Below are positions 26,771 to 35,485 of a stretch of 64,000 nt of DNA, in pieces. The notes beneath the pieces are model-generated. The model searched no databases. It was not told where the DNA came from and saw only the letters and a program-made list of their open reading frames with translations. How positions within the stretch are numbered: the stretch's first letter is position 1; each line of letters opens with the position of its first letter. Origin of the DNA: a virus; the UHGV virus genome UHGV-0113858. One strand, 5' to 3'. Made by a program: the position numbers and the translations under genes.

Positions 26771-27133
26771 TCAACGATGGGAGACATCTCCTGTGACTGT
26801 TCTAACATTACCTTCAATGGTTTCTGCTACAACGTCTCCCGAGACGGTGGTCACATCTGCAAGTGACCCTGTTTCGATACGGACATCACCAGAAACAGTC
26901 TTAACATTACCTGCTGTGCCATACACCTTCACATCCCCAGATGTGGTGTTTATGCTCCCGGTATTTCCGTGGATGACCACGATAATGTTTTTATCAGAAG
27001 TGGTATAGACTTCTTTTCCGTTGATGAGGATTTTATCCCCATTTGCAGAAATACTCAAGTCTCTACCAATAATGTCACCATTAACGACGGTATCCCCGTT
27101 GATCGTGATGGTATTACCATCCACTTTAACCAT
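26771..27133 (-). CDS. bactofilin-like (DUF583) beta-helical repeat protein
   Basis: Repeats of the type IEGNVRTVTGDVS, VSGDVRIETG and GDVKVYGTAGNV match the bactofilin fold. The start was chosen at MVKVDG, preceded by an AAGGAG SD. Confidence 0.5.
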   Translation of the reverse strand: MVKVDGNTITINGDTVVNGDIIGRDLSISANGDKILINGKEVYTTSDKNIIVVIHGNTGSINTTSGDVKVYGTAGNVKTVSGDVRIETGSLADVTTVSGDVVAETIEGNVRTVTGDVSHR

Positions 27134-27186
27134 AGATTGCTCCTTTGCATGTTTTAATTTCACTGCTAAGTATTCACGCAGACCCA

Positions 27187-27429
27187 TTAAACCGCCTCCA
27201 AGTCCGACTCTGGATGGAATAACCACCCGATATGGTCTATAGAATATGCCCATTCGGCCTTGTTGTACTCATCCCCTTCTGAAAAGTACATGGTTGAAAT
27301 AGGGCCTATCTTACCGCTCCAAGTATCTTTGACTATCTGCCCGACTTTAAACTTCGGTTCTGGTCTCACCATTCTTAATGACCCTCGCTTTTTGGACATG
27401 ATAGACAAACTGTTTGTTCTCTTTAACAA
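27187..27429 (-). CDS. small hypothetical protein (start uncertain)
   Basis: ORF track; overlaps 27347..27535 in another frame, so one of the two may be spurious. Confidence 0.3.
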   Translation of the reverse strand: MLKRTNSLSIMSKKRGSLRMVRPEPKFKVGQIVKDTWSGKIGPISTMYFSEGDEYNKAEWAYSIDHIGWLFHPESDLEAV

Positions 27430-27535
27430 ACTTTTTGCCCTGTTCTTCGTCTTCGAAAATCAAGGTATCACACTCGGTGAAAGAATGTCCAGGTCTTTTT
27501 TCAACAGACCGCGTTGTGGCTACAATGAGGGCCAT
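27347..27535 (-). CDS. small hypothetical protein (62 aa)
   Basis: ATGA overlap with the RNA ligase stop. Confidence 0.3.
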   Translation of the reverse strand: MALIVATTRSVEKRPGHSFTECDTLIFEDEEQGKKFVKENKQFVYHVQKARVIKNGETRTEV

Positions 27536-28626
27536 TAGCCCTCCTCACTCAGACGAGTCATGTACCATGCACGAGCTTTGTTGCTGATAAACTTGCCAAC
27601 ATCTTTCATGGTCATGGAGCTGGCTTCCAGAACATCACCCTCTTCCTTGTTGATGTCTCGGTTAATCCATCCAATGAATTCACCAATCTTAGTCTGGTCA
27701 AGACCGACTTCGCTAACACCCTGCTCAAGACGTGCTTCCGTCACAGCGTACTCAACGAACTCACGCATACTTGCGAGGCGTTCTGGGTCGATTGCCGCCA
27801 GGGTCTTAACTTTGGATACAGAATGTTTATCACCCTTAACTTTAAACCACAGGCCAGAGATTTTAGAAAGCTCAGGATCTTTTGGAGACCAGACAATGCC
27901 TTCACCGATACCTTCTACGCCAAAGAACTTACCTGCCGGGCATTTGTTTTCCACTTCACGAGTCAGTTCTGCCAGGTCATTCTGGACAAGTTCCGGCTCA
28001 TTGAATGGGATATTAGCCATCCAGTAACCGAAGTCAAGGATACTGTAGATACGAGCATCCGGCAATCCAATTCCAAACTGGAACGTTGGCGGTAGCCAGT
28101 TGAGGGTATCCGTTGCCTCATCCCGGCCCACAGCCACACGGAAGATAGCAAAGAATGGCTCTACCTCAGTGATGGCAACACCTTTCTGAATGCCACGACC
28201 AGCCCATTCACCAGCAATTTCAACCGGGAACTGGAACTCAACGTCATTGACTTCACACAGATATTTAACCTGAGAAAGCAACTCTGCGGTGTCTTTTCGA
28301 GACATGAAGGCCGCGAAGCCATTGTTATCGTCACCTACAGTCACGACACGCTCTTTGGACTGGAAGACAACTTCATCCTCAGAGTGGAATACCACACTGC
28401 CATTAGTGCCGTGAAGCTTAACCGTACCGATGTACGGGATCAGGTACGCTTCCGGTGGCAACACCTTCCGCTTGATATTACCCTCTTCATCAATACCGTC
28501 GAACGTCAGTTTATCATGCATGGTGCGGATAACCTGACGGAACTGTGCGGTGCTTGGGTATTTAATTGGTTTTGTCAATTTTATTCTCCTCAAATAATTT
28601 GCTAATGTGTCCGCCAGAAAGTTCAA
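27535..28626 (-). CDS. Rnl2-family RNA ligase
   Basis: Motif I KLHGTN, with the nucleotidyl-lysine context as in T4 Rnl2 (KIHGTN); 363 aa. Confidence 0.75.
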   Translation of the reverse strand: MNFLADTLANYLRRIKLTKPIKYPSTAQFRQVIRTMHDKLTFDGIDEEGNIKRKVLPPEAYLIPYIGTVKLHGTNGSVVFHSEDEVVFQSKERVVTVGDDNNGFAAFMSRKDTAELLSQVKYLCEVNDVEFQFPVEIAGEWAGRGIQKGVAITEVEPFFAIFRVAVGRDEATDTLNWLPPTFQFGIGLPDARIYSILDFGYWMANIPFNEPELVQNDLAELTREVENKCPAGKFFGVEGIGEGIVWSPKDPELSKISGLWFKVKGDKHSVSKVKTLAAIDPERLASMREFVEYAVTEARLEQGVSEVGLDQTKIGEFIGWINRDINKEEGDVLEASSMTMKDVGKFISNKARAWYMTRLSEEG

Positions 28627-28795
28627 GAACTACATATCTTTGTTGGTCATCAAAATACTGCTTCCCACTCCATGTTGCGTGGACAAGATTCCACGCATTC
28701 TTGGCAGCGCCAGAGCTAATCCATCCAATCTTGGCTTTGTGGTTCCAGAGGCATCTGTCAACAGTGTCATAGATGACAAAAACCGATTTACTCAT
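28562..28795 (-). CDS. hypothetical protein (about 77 aa)
   Basis: Internal start MSKSVFVIYD with a GGAGG SD, in ATGA overlap with the upstream stop. Confidence 0.35.
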   Translation of the reverse strand: MSKSVFVIYDTVDRCLWNHKAKIGWISSGAAKNAWNLVHATWSGKQYFDDQQRYVVLELSGGHISKLFEENKIDKTN

Positions 28796-29111
28796 CAGGA
28801 CCCTCCAGCTTCCAGCCACGACTATTCAGCCATTCGTCAATCTGAATACCCGTGCCGTCACCACTTGGTTTCTCTACCCCAAGTAGTAGTATGGCAAAGC
28901 TCTGACCACGAGGGGCGTTATAGGTTAACACCGTATTACCCACATAAAGGTCGATCTTTTTGGTATGTGCTACCATACCGTCTCTCAATTTAACCACGAT
29001 AATCCAGTCCCCCCTGTGGATAATCCACATTTTGTCATTTCCCGAATGGCAGCGATCTGTTCTGATGTCAGAGGGCCGTCGTCTGGAGGGTAGTAACCAG
29101 GGATTTCCCAT
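28788..29111 (-). CDS. hypothetical protein (start uncertain)
   Basis: ORF track; the 5' end overlaps the macro-domain gene, so the true start is probably internal. Confidence 0.3.
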   Translation of the reverse strand: MGNPWLLPSRRRPSDIRTDRCHSGNDKMWIIHRGDWIIVVKLRDGMVAHTKKIDLYVGNTVLTYNAPRGQSFAILLLGVEKPSGDGTGIQIDEWLNSRGWKLEGPDE

Positions 29112-29596
29112 TCTTTCAAGACATAAACTGTCACATCACAATCAAAGAAGATTGATTTGATCATTGCCTCGATGACGTTCCAGTCACCGCCTGCAAGGCC
29201 AGCACCGATTTTAGGGAACCCGATTCGATAGGTGTCCATAGGGCCGTCTGTATAGCTCTGTAAGAGCTTTTTCATCTCAACCATCGAATCGTACAGGGCA
29301 TTGTAATCAAGGTCCCTGAGGCCCTGTTTACGGCGATTATAGCCGTATTGCGAATACAGATTAAATCCTGCGAGAGATCCATCATTCAAAAAGGCCATTG
29401 TACAGGTTCCCAGCTTGGTCTTATCGCCCTTCTCAGTTTTCAGATCGGCAGCGTACATCTTAGGGAATGCTTCTTTGATCAACGGGGCGATTCCGCTCCC
29501 CATTGTGCAATAGCAATTACAGCCATGTCCAAAGACATTAATCTCACCACTTTTTGCAGCATCGATCAGGTCACCAACTTTGTATTTGAAGCTCAT
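28985..29596 (-). CDS. macro-domain protein (ADP-ribose binding/hydrolase)
   Basis: INVFGHGCNCYCTMGSGIAPLI resembles the macro VNAAN..GGGV motif. IGFPKIGAGLAGGDW resembles the macro IxFPxISTGxxG motif. Confidence 0.65.
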   Translation of the reverse strand: MSFKYKVGDLIDAAKSGEINVFGHGCNCYCTMGSGIAPLIKEAFPKMYAADLKTEKGDKTKLGTCTMAFLNDGSLAGFNLYSQYGYNRRKQGLRDLDYNALYDSMVEMKKLLQSYTDGPMDTYRIGFPKIGAGLAGGDWNVIEAMIKSIFFDCDVTVYVLKEWEIPGYYPPDDGPLTSEQIAAIREMTKCGLSTGGTGLSWLN

Positions 29597-29766
29597 CGCA
29601 CTTCCTCACATTCGTATGGATAGATATCGAGGTCTTGGCCTTTCCACTCACAACGGTAATAATCAATAAATGTCCCATTATACACTTCCTCCAGAACATC
29701 CAGAATATCACCTTTTTGGGGGGCGCGCCCTTGTTCGCTGTAACTTGCGGTCATTTTAACTTTCAT
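29593..29766 (-). CDS. micro-protein (54 aa, Cys-rich)
   Basis: GAGGAG SD; ATGA overlap with the macro gene; not in the track. Confidence 0.35.
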   Translation of the reverse strand: MKVKMTASYSEQGRAPQKGDILDVLEEVYNGTFIDYYRCEWKGQDLDIYPYECEEVR

Positions 29767-29939
29767 TTACAACTCCTCTCTTTAAACTCTTTCATGGATT
29801 CAATAGCATCCGAACGATTTTTCGCGCAGACAACAAACACCCGATAACGTCGATAGGTGTATCCTGCCATAACACAGTCGGCAGTGTCAAGCCACCAACA
29901 CTCGTTTAGTTCAGAAACTGGGAATTTGAATTTTGCCAT
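29763..29939 (-). CDS. micro-protein (58 aa)
   Basis: GAGGAAAT SD; ATGA overlap with the next gene; not in the track. Confidence 0.35.
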   Translation of the reverse strand: MAKFKFPVSELNECWWLDTADCVMAGYTYRRYRVFVVCAKNRSDAIESMKEFKERSCK

Positions 29940-30247
29940 TATTTCCTCTTCTTCTTTTTCTTCTTTAGTTTGTTGTGACCACGCCCCTTAAAGATCTTAA
30001 ACTTAGCATAGTCAACATCATCATTATCAATCATAATGATATTGTTTGCAGGACGGGCAGATATCGCGTCCAAAGAAATGGTTTCTGCATCCCACAAAGA
30101 CGCTAGTGTTGAGTACCCTACAGGGTTACCGCAGCCAAGAACAACAATCTTTCTATCGCCAACCATTTCTTTGAGGGCTTCACGGACCTTTTCCAGTTCT
30201 TCTTTCTGGTCTTCTGTTAACTCTGGCCCAATGTTCTGAAGATTCAT
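29939..30247 (-). CDS. hypothetical protein with poly-Lys tail (102 aa)
   Basis: ORF track. Confidence 0.4.
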   Translation of the reverse strand: MNLQNIGPELTEDQKEELEKVREALKEMVGDRKIVVLGCGNPVGYSTLASLWDAETISLDAISARPANNIIMIDNDDVDYAKFKIFKGRGHNKLKKKKKKRK

Positions 30248-30250
30248 TCA

Positions 30251-30583
30251 TCACCCCTGTTGTACAAAAAGATGAGGGTAGACCTCATAGACCTCTTTTT
30301 CAAGCCCTCCGAGAGCCTTGCAACGGCGAACACGGTCCTCATTCCAACCGAATTCCCTCACTTCATCAGCCAAACGTTGGACACGATCATATGCAGGGCG
30401 GAAAGTTTCACGGTCCCCATACACCATGCAGTGCGTAAAGAAACAGATCATCGCCTCGATATCGAACCAGTGTGGCTGATATGCCTGCACTAGGTCATTA
30501 GCACCTCCGACATTTTTGAAATGCGCTTCAGTGATCGGTACAGAAGAAGGGATCTCGTCAGAATTCGAAAAGTTTTTTACCAT
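30251..30583 (-). CDS. hypothetical protein (110 aa)
   Basis: ORF track. Confidence 0.45.
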   Translation of the reverse strand: MVKNFSNSDEIPSSVPITEAHFKNVGGANDLVQAYQPHWFDIEAMICFFTHCMVYGDRETFRPAYDRVQRLADEVREFGWNEDRVRRCKALGGLEKEVYEVYPHLFVQQG

Positions 30584-30876
30584 AATTCCCCCTTCATGAG
30601 GACAATCCGGTTACGATGTGCATAATCACGGAAGGCCCCAAGATTATCTTTATCGTGTTTAGCAATCTTCTCAAGAACTTCCATTGCAGTTATGCCAGAT
30701 GTCCAGCCTGACTGACAGAAGCCATTGTCTGTACGAAGATAACACTCTTTTCCAGCCTGTCCATATCGTGCCTGGTTTTCAATATCACTGATGTCAAGGT
30801 CACTGATCCTAACAAGGCGCTCTTCCCCAGTAAAATCGGGAATGTAGATATAACCAAAACCTGGTGAACGTCTCAT
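30577..30876 (-). CDS. hypothetical protein (99 aa)
   Basis: ORF track. Confidence 0.45.
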   Translation of the reverse strand: MRRSPGFGYIYIPDFTGEERLVRISDLDISDIENQARYGQAGKECYLRTDNGFCQSGWTSGITAMEVLEKIAKHDKDNLGAFRDYAHRNRIVLMKGELW

Positions 30877-31021
30877 ACTTTAACCTCCACGTAATAAGGT
30901 AATCGCTTGATCAAGTCCTCAGGGGCACCGTTTTCTGTCCAAGTGAGGCCTTGGTCACCAGACACATAGCCTTTACCGTTAACAAACTTGCGCCAGATGT
31001 TACGAAACTGGTTTTTGTAGA

Positions 31022-31213
31022 TCATTCGATCACACTCCAGCCTTCATCCTGCCATGATTCACCACGATACCAGCCTGCCATAGGGCAACCGTCTTCTGCG
31101 TAGATACGCCCATCAACCATTTCGAACCATTCATCAGAAGTGAAATATTGGTTACGGATACGTTTACCTTCACGCATAGCCTGCTGTGCTTCTTTCCAGT
31201 TTAATTTCGGCAT
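31022..31213 (-). CDS. DUF2829-like small protein (Tad2-like candidate)
   Basis: Chosen start MPKLNWKEAQQAMREGKRIRNQYFTSDEWFEM, with a GAGGAT SD. The pattern resembles the DUF2829 N-terminus (M.F.EAL.ALK.GKKV.R..W). Confidence 0.45.
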   Translation of the reverse strand: MPKLNWKEAQQAMREGKRIRNQYFTSDEWFEMVDGRIYAEDGCPMAGWYRGESWQDEGWSVIE

Positions 31214-31274
31214 GAGTATATCCTCGTTTTGTTTGATGCATAAAGCATAACAGCCCCCGGAGGGGCTGTCAATA

Positions 31275-32471
31275 TTATTTTCCTTCAATAAGCTTAATAT
31301 CTTCAGCGTAGTTGACCTGGAAGTCTGCCATAATTTTCATTATGATAGGCTTTGCCTTCAACAAACGTGCAGGAAGCTTGTCACGGTTGCTCGCAGTGGT
31401 CAACAAAGCCTTACCAAACGCATTTTCCTTAATGAACGACAGGAAGATAGAGCTTACGAAGTCTCGGTTCTGGTCCATAAAGTGGTCGTAAAGATACTGA
31501 AGGAAGTTTCCAGAGAATTCAATAATCTGGTCATCCGTGTAATTGGTATCTGCAATAGCCTTACGCAACCAAATGGCGCCTTCTGAACCCAAAATCCACA
31601 GACTGTCTGATGGAAGGTCTCCAGGATCTTTGGCAGTGCCGTTCATAACGTCTTCGATCGGAACCATATTACGGATCTTGGTGTGGTATGCCCACAGTTC
31701 AGCCATTAAAGGTGTGCCAATGAAGCCCTGAAGGGCCACTTTAGCTAGGTTGGCAGGCAGCAAATTAGCATCGTAATCGTACAATACATCACTGGCGTAA
31801 GTTAAAGTACGCGGTGTGGCGAAAGAAGGACACCCGATATCCAGCATTTCTTCATAGTTTTCAATAGCACTGTTCTTACGAGACAGAAAACCAATGATTG
31901 ACGAATGAATACCGTTCTGCATGGCATAGTCTTCGATGAACACCGATGCGCTATAGGTTAGCTCTACCAGCATCATACGGTTAGCCAAAGGGGCTTCCAG
32001 TGCAGTCACGGCAGTACCATCCCCAGCACGGTTACCCGCAGCAACCAGTACAGCCCCTTCCGGGAACTGATAGGTCCCGATTCGACGGTCCAGCATTATT
32101 TGGAATGCCAGTTTCTGAAGGTAAGGCTCTGCGTGGAGAAGTTCGTCAAGGAACACAATACCTTTCCAGTTAGGATCACGAGGCCAGAAATCCGGCAAGG
32201 CGTACACTGTGCGAGTAACACCATTGTCATCGGTGTATGGAATCTGCACCCCGGTGAGGTCGGTGTTATCTTTATCAGCCAAGCGAAAGTCTACCAGGTT
32301 ATCACCAGGCCCGAAAAGAGAATCCGCAATTTGCTTCACAGCCTGACTTTTACCAATACCTGCCCCGCCGAAGATCATCAGTGAACGTTTGTGACGCTGG
32401 CAAAATTGTACCAGTGGTGGAAGGTCACGTAAAGTGATCCAGTTACCAGAAAAGATGTTGCGACTTGACAT
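31275..32471 (-). CDS. MoxR-like AAA+ ATPase
   Basis: Walker A IFGGAGIGKSQAV; Walker B VFLDELLHAE; downstream VLVAAGNRAGDGT...LANRM sensor region. The start was chosen at MSSRNIF with an AGGAGA SD. Confidence 0.8.
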   Translation of the reverse strand: MSSRNIFSGNWITLRDLPPLVQFCQRHKRSLMIFGGAGIGKSQAVKQIADSLFGPGDNLVDFRLADKDNTDLTGVQIPYTDDNGVTRTVYALPDFWPRDPNWKGIVFLDELLHAEPYLQKLAFQIMLDRRIGTYQFPEGAVLVAAGNRAGDGTAVTALEAPLANRMMLVELTYSASVFIEDYAMQNGIHSSIIGFLSRKNSAIENYEEMLDIGCPSFATPRTLTYASDVLYDYDANLLPANLAKVALQGFIGTPLMAELWAYHTKIRNMVPIEDVMNGTAKDPGDLPSDSLWILGSEGAIWLRKAIADTNYTDDQIIEFSGNFLQYLYDHFMDQNRDFVSSIFLSFIKENAFGKALLTTASNRDKLPARLLKAKPIIMKIMADFQVNYAEDIKLIEGK

Positions 32472-32534
32472 TATTTGTCTCCTGTAAATTAAATTCGGGA
32501 GCAGGATACATTTGATCCTCCCCCATTGCAATGA

Positions 32535-32906
32535 TTATTTATCCACCCATACGCGATTTTCATCACACCAATCATAAAAATCATTCATGATGTCGTTGAA
32601 TTCCCGCAAGGGTGTATAATGGCGAATAGGATCAGCATCATACCCCTCATTTTCACATTCTGCAATAGAGGTTAGCCAATCTTGGTATGTTGGAACATCC
32701 CGGAAATAGCCAATTATATCACACAACTCGGTATCGCAGAGGTCGCTATCATAGTTTGATTCATGAGGGAATTTCCGTTCAAGACGACGGGCTATCTCTT
32801 TAGCAAGCTCATGTACCGTCTTATCTGTCCAGTCTTCTCTACCGCATTCACCATTTCTTTTAGACCAGATGTCACGTAGGTCCAGAGCTGTTTTCCAGTT
32901 AGACAT
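32535..32906 (-). CDS. hypothetical acidic protein (123 aa)
   Basis: ORF track. Confidence 0.5.
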   Translation of the reverse strand: MSNWKTALDLRDIWSKRNGECGREDWTDKTVHELAKEIARRLERKFPHESNYDSDLCDTELCDIIGYFRDVPTYQDWLTSIAECENEGYDADPIRHYTPLREFNDIMNDFYDWCDENRVWVDK

Positions 32907-33429
32907 TAGTTATTTTCCTCAATTCAAATTCATCACCGTACCCGATCATATGCCCTTTAGCTGTGATCACCTTTTCTCCGAACACACTGCCAGTGCATTT
33001 ACCAATGAAAACTTCTGGCATATCTTCTTCTGAAAGAAGAATATCCACAGTAAATTTACCATGATAGTGCCTTGCGTTGTAATGCGGACCTTCATCATCT
33101 GTTTTATACCAGTATTTACCATTCCAGCGGTATTTGTTATGCCTGTACCATACGTATGACCCCCAGGCGTCTTGTGCTATATGGTCCACTTTGGTAGTAA
33201 TAAGTCGGCCTGTATTACGAAGTAGCTCGTCATATTGCTTTTCGTAAACTTCCACACGATTTTTCATACTGTTGTAATAGTTCTGGTAACGATCAGCTCT
33301 GTTGACCATAACCCTGAGAAGGTTCTCAATAGGCGTACCTTTCTCAAGATGTTCTTCATAAAGTTGTTGGCTTGTCTTGCTTCCCATATCAAATCTCCTT
33401 AATAGATTCGAGGTCAAGATAGTCATCAC
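32899..33429 (-). CDS. hypothetical protein (176 aa)
   Basis: ORF track. Confidence 0.5.
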   Translation of the reverse strand: MMTILTSNLLRRFDMGSKTSQQLYEEHLEKGTPIENLLRVMVNRADRYQNYYNSMKNRVEVYEKQYDELLRNTGRLITTKVDHIAQDAWGSYVWYRHNKYRWNGKYWYKTDDEGPHYNARHYHGKFTVDILLSEEDMPEVFIGKCTGSVFGEKVITAKGHMIGYGDEFELRKITNV

Positions 33430-33724
33430 CGCCCACAGCTTTCCCGTCAGTCTTACGATACTTCACTATCTTTCCGGTCTCCGAATGCTGGTAAGACATC
33501 CAGTAACGAGATGTTTCGCGAAGTTTCTCAGTCCACGCCCAGCCGAGACGAGGCTTCTTGACTGTTCCTTTGTGGGTATAACCTTGGTTTCTGGACATTC
33601 TTTGCTCCTGTATAGAGTCACTTTCCATGATGGAATTCCCAGCAGGAATTCCATCTTTTTCTGAGTATACTTGTTTGTGCGAAGCAGTGTCAAGATGTTC
33701 ATGACAAATACCATTTAAAGCCAC
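33389..33724 (-). CDS. hypothetical protein (start uncertain)
   Basis: ORF track; an alternative internal start at MESDSIQ is possible. Confidence 0.35.
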   Translation of the reverse strand: MALNGICHEHLDTASHKQVYSEKDGIPAGNSIMESDSIQEQRMSRNQGYTHKGTVKKPRLGWAWTEKLRETSRYWMSYQHSETGKIVKYRKTDGKAVGGDDYLDLESIKEI

Positions 33725-33884
33725 AGTTCGGGCAACAAGGTTCCTTAATCCGAAGCTGGTCGGGAGCCTTTACAGGAGCATCTTTAAGGTTATAATTAGA
33801 AAAACATCTCGCACATACTACAACCTTGTCAGGAATTTCCATTTCGAACCAAGGAAGGCCATTTAATTTTTTCGTAATGATCAT
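33699..33884 (-). CDS. zinc-ribbon small protein (61 aa)
   Basis: CARC...CCPNC four-cysteine arrangement. Confidence 0.4.
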   Translation of the reverse strand: MIITKKLNGLPWFEMEIPDKVVVCARCFSNYNLKDAPVKAPDQLRIKEPCCPNCGFKWYLS

Positions 33885-34390
33885 AATGTAGCCAACATGT
33901 TGATCGCTTCGTGGTGTTCTTTCATCTTTGTCAGACGAAGATACATGTCATGATACTTACGAACACGTAACAAATCCTTATCTGTCAGACCTTTCAGACG
34001 ACGAACATCGGAGTTATGGCGCAGGTCTGCAAGCTTCACACGTACCGCATCATAGTTTTGGGCCAGGCGGTTAAAATACTCTTCCGGTGTCTGATTAGGG
34101 GTTTTCGTCAGAAGAACCACAGCATCCTTCACACGGTTCGAGAAGCCTAGCAGAACCAGATCCGCAGCGGTAACATCGGTGTCTTCAACCACATCATGAA
34201 GCGCGGCGATAGCCATAAGCTGAAAATCATCAGTCTTCAGATAGTGCATTACCTTCAGCGGGTGAAGGATGTATGGGTTACCACCCTTATCTTTCTGATT
34301 CAGGTGGGCTTCTGCTGCAATTTTGATCGCCAGCGCCAATTCCTGGGCCGGACTTAAAGCTTGAATACAACTCTTGTCTGTTGATACCAT
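33881..34390 (-). CDS. HD-domain (p)ppGpp hydrolase-like (small alarmone hydrolase)
   Basis: H..HPL...L...AALHDVVEDT matches the RelA/SpoT HD hydrolase core; 169 aa. Confidence 0.6.
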   Translation of the reverse strand: MVSTDKSCIQALSPAQELALAIKIAAEAHLNQKDKGGNPYILHPLKVMHYLKTDDFQLMAIAALHDVVEDTDVTAADLVLLGFSNRVKDAVVLLTKTPNQTPEEYFNRLAQNYDAVRVKLADLRHNSDVRRLKGLTDKDLLRVRKYHDMYLRLTKMKEHHEAINMLATL

Positions 34391-35352
34391 TTGACAGCTT
34401 CCTCTAGGTTAAAGGGTTTTATGTTCAGTCTATCGAAAGATTTTACGTTGTCAAGCCAAAATTCATCTTCATACCCTGCGATCGACATCATCATCAGTTC
34501 TTCCTCTGTCGGGGAGTCCCCCTCCATCATACTCTGTAGCTTGGGGTCATATTCCAAGTGGAACATTGTTTCTTTCGGGGAACAAACGAACATTGCCTTA
34601 CGTGCCTTATTAGCGATCTTTCTGTTCATGATGTTGATAACAGAATGATTTATTTGGCTACAAATACGATCTAATGCGGAAGGCTCAAGATAGTCAGAGT
34701 AAAGAACCAAATCACCACTGATGAGGCTTACATTTTTAAGGGTTAATCTCTCCCCATTATGGGCCATCCAAGATTGGATAGGGGCATTTTTTTGATAACC
34801 GGTGTATTCGACAACCAAACGAAGAGCAAGAGTATCCCTTGACATCCCCACCAAAAGCTGCTTTATACACTCAAGAAAATACTTAGTACGGTAGTTAAAA
34901 TTGCAGAACCCACCAAGAAATGCTTCACCGCAACCGTGACTATAAATATTGATGGAGATTGTTTCTACAAAGCGATGTTTCCAAGGATCATCACCCGTAA
35001 TATGTGATTTGTGGCCTATTTCCATACGTGAAACATTTAGCTTCTGATTCATATCAGAACCATACTCCCGGACATCACCGGAATGCCATTGCCAATAAAA
35101 AGGGCCACCATGAGCCGGGAGTTTATGGAGACATGACAAAAATATGTCCAATATGGGGTTTGAATCCTGTACCCCTTGGAGATAATCTCTAAAGCGGGTG
35201 ATGGGATTGTCAACAGATCTGTCCCTCTCAAAAGTTGAAAGAAATCTCTCTTGAGCAGCCTGCTTCCCTTGTAACAACTTGTCTATGAAATCCCGCTCCT
35301 CATTCCAAGTATAAGTATAGTTTGGTTTTACATTAATATCTACCTTGCTCAT
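34354..35352 (-). CDS. hypothetical protein (about 332 aa)
   Basis: Start chosen at MSKVDINVK with an AGAGGG SD; this is the first gene of the minus-strand block. Confidence 0.55.
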   Translation of the reverse strand: MSKVDINVKPNYTYTWNEERDFIDKLLQGKQAAQERFLSTFERDRSVDNPITRFRDYLQGVQDSNPILDIFLSCLHKLPAHGGPFYWQWHSGDVREYGSDMNQKLNVSRMEIGHKSHITGDDPWKHRFVETISINIYSHGCGEAFLGGFCNFNYRTKYFLECIKQLLVGMSRDTLALRLVVEYTGYQKNAPIQSWMAHNGERLTLKNVSLISGDLVLYSDYLEPSALDRICSQINHSVINIMNRKIANKARKAMFVCSPKETMFHLEYDPKLQSMMEGDSPTEEELMMMSIAGYEDEFWLDNVKSFDRLNIKPFNLEEAVKWYQQTRVVFKL

Positions 35353-35418
35353 AATCTCACTTACCCTCTTATACAAATAATGAACAAAGATACACCGCCA
35401 CTTTTTAGAAATCAAGGG

Positions 35419-35447
35419 TTGACAACTCTTTTCAGAATGGTGATAAT
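35419..35447 (+). promoter_or_regulatory. sigma70-type promoter at the strand switch
   Basis: TTGACA (35419-24), 17-nt spacer, GATAAT (35442-47), then GGAG SD and ATG at 35486. Confidence 0.55.
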
Positions 35448-35485
35448 CACCTTACTAAGAACGGGTAAGACCCAAGGAGTTAGAA

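Noticed and set aside
27300-27365. Apparent 1-nt discrepancy between my reading of the sequence lines and the ORF-track translations around 27355-27362.
   Set aside because: I could not reconcile it by eye, and it is most likely my transcription error. It only means that starts I derived myself may be off by 1-3 nt; the ORF-track coordinates were used wherever available.
35140-35175. tRNA T-loop-like strings (GGGGTTTGAATCC at about 35150; GGTTTCGAACC at about 800) checked as possible tRNA genes.
   Set aside because: Both are inside well-supported CDSs. They lack acceptor, D-arm and anticodon-arm complementarity. No tRNA could be folded anywhere in the window by eye.
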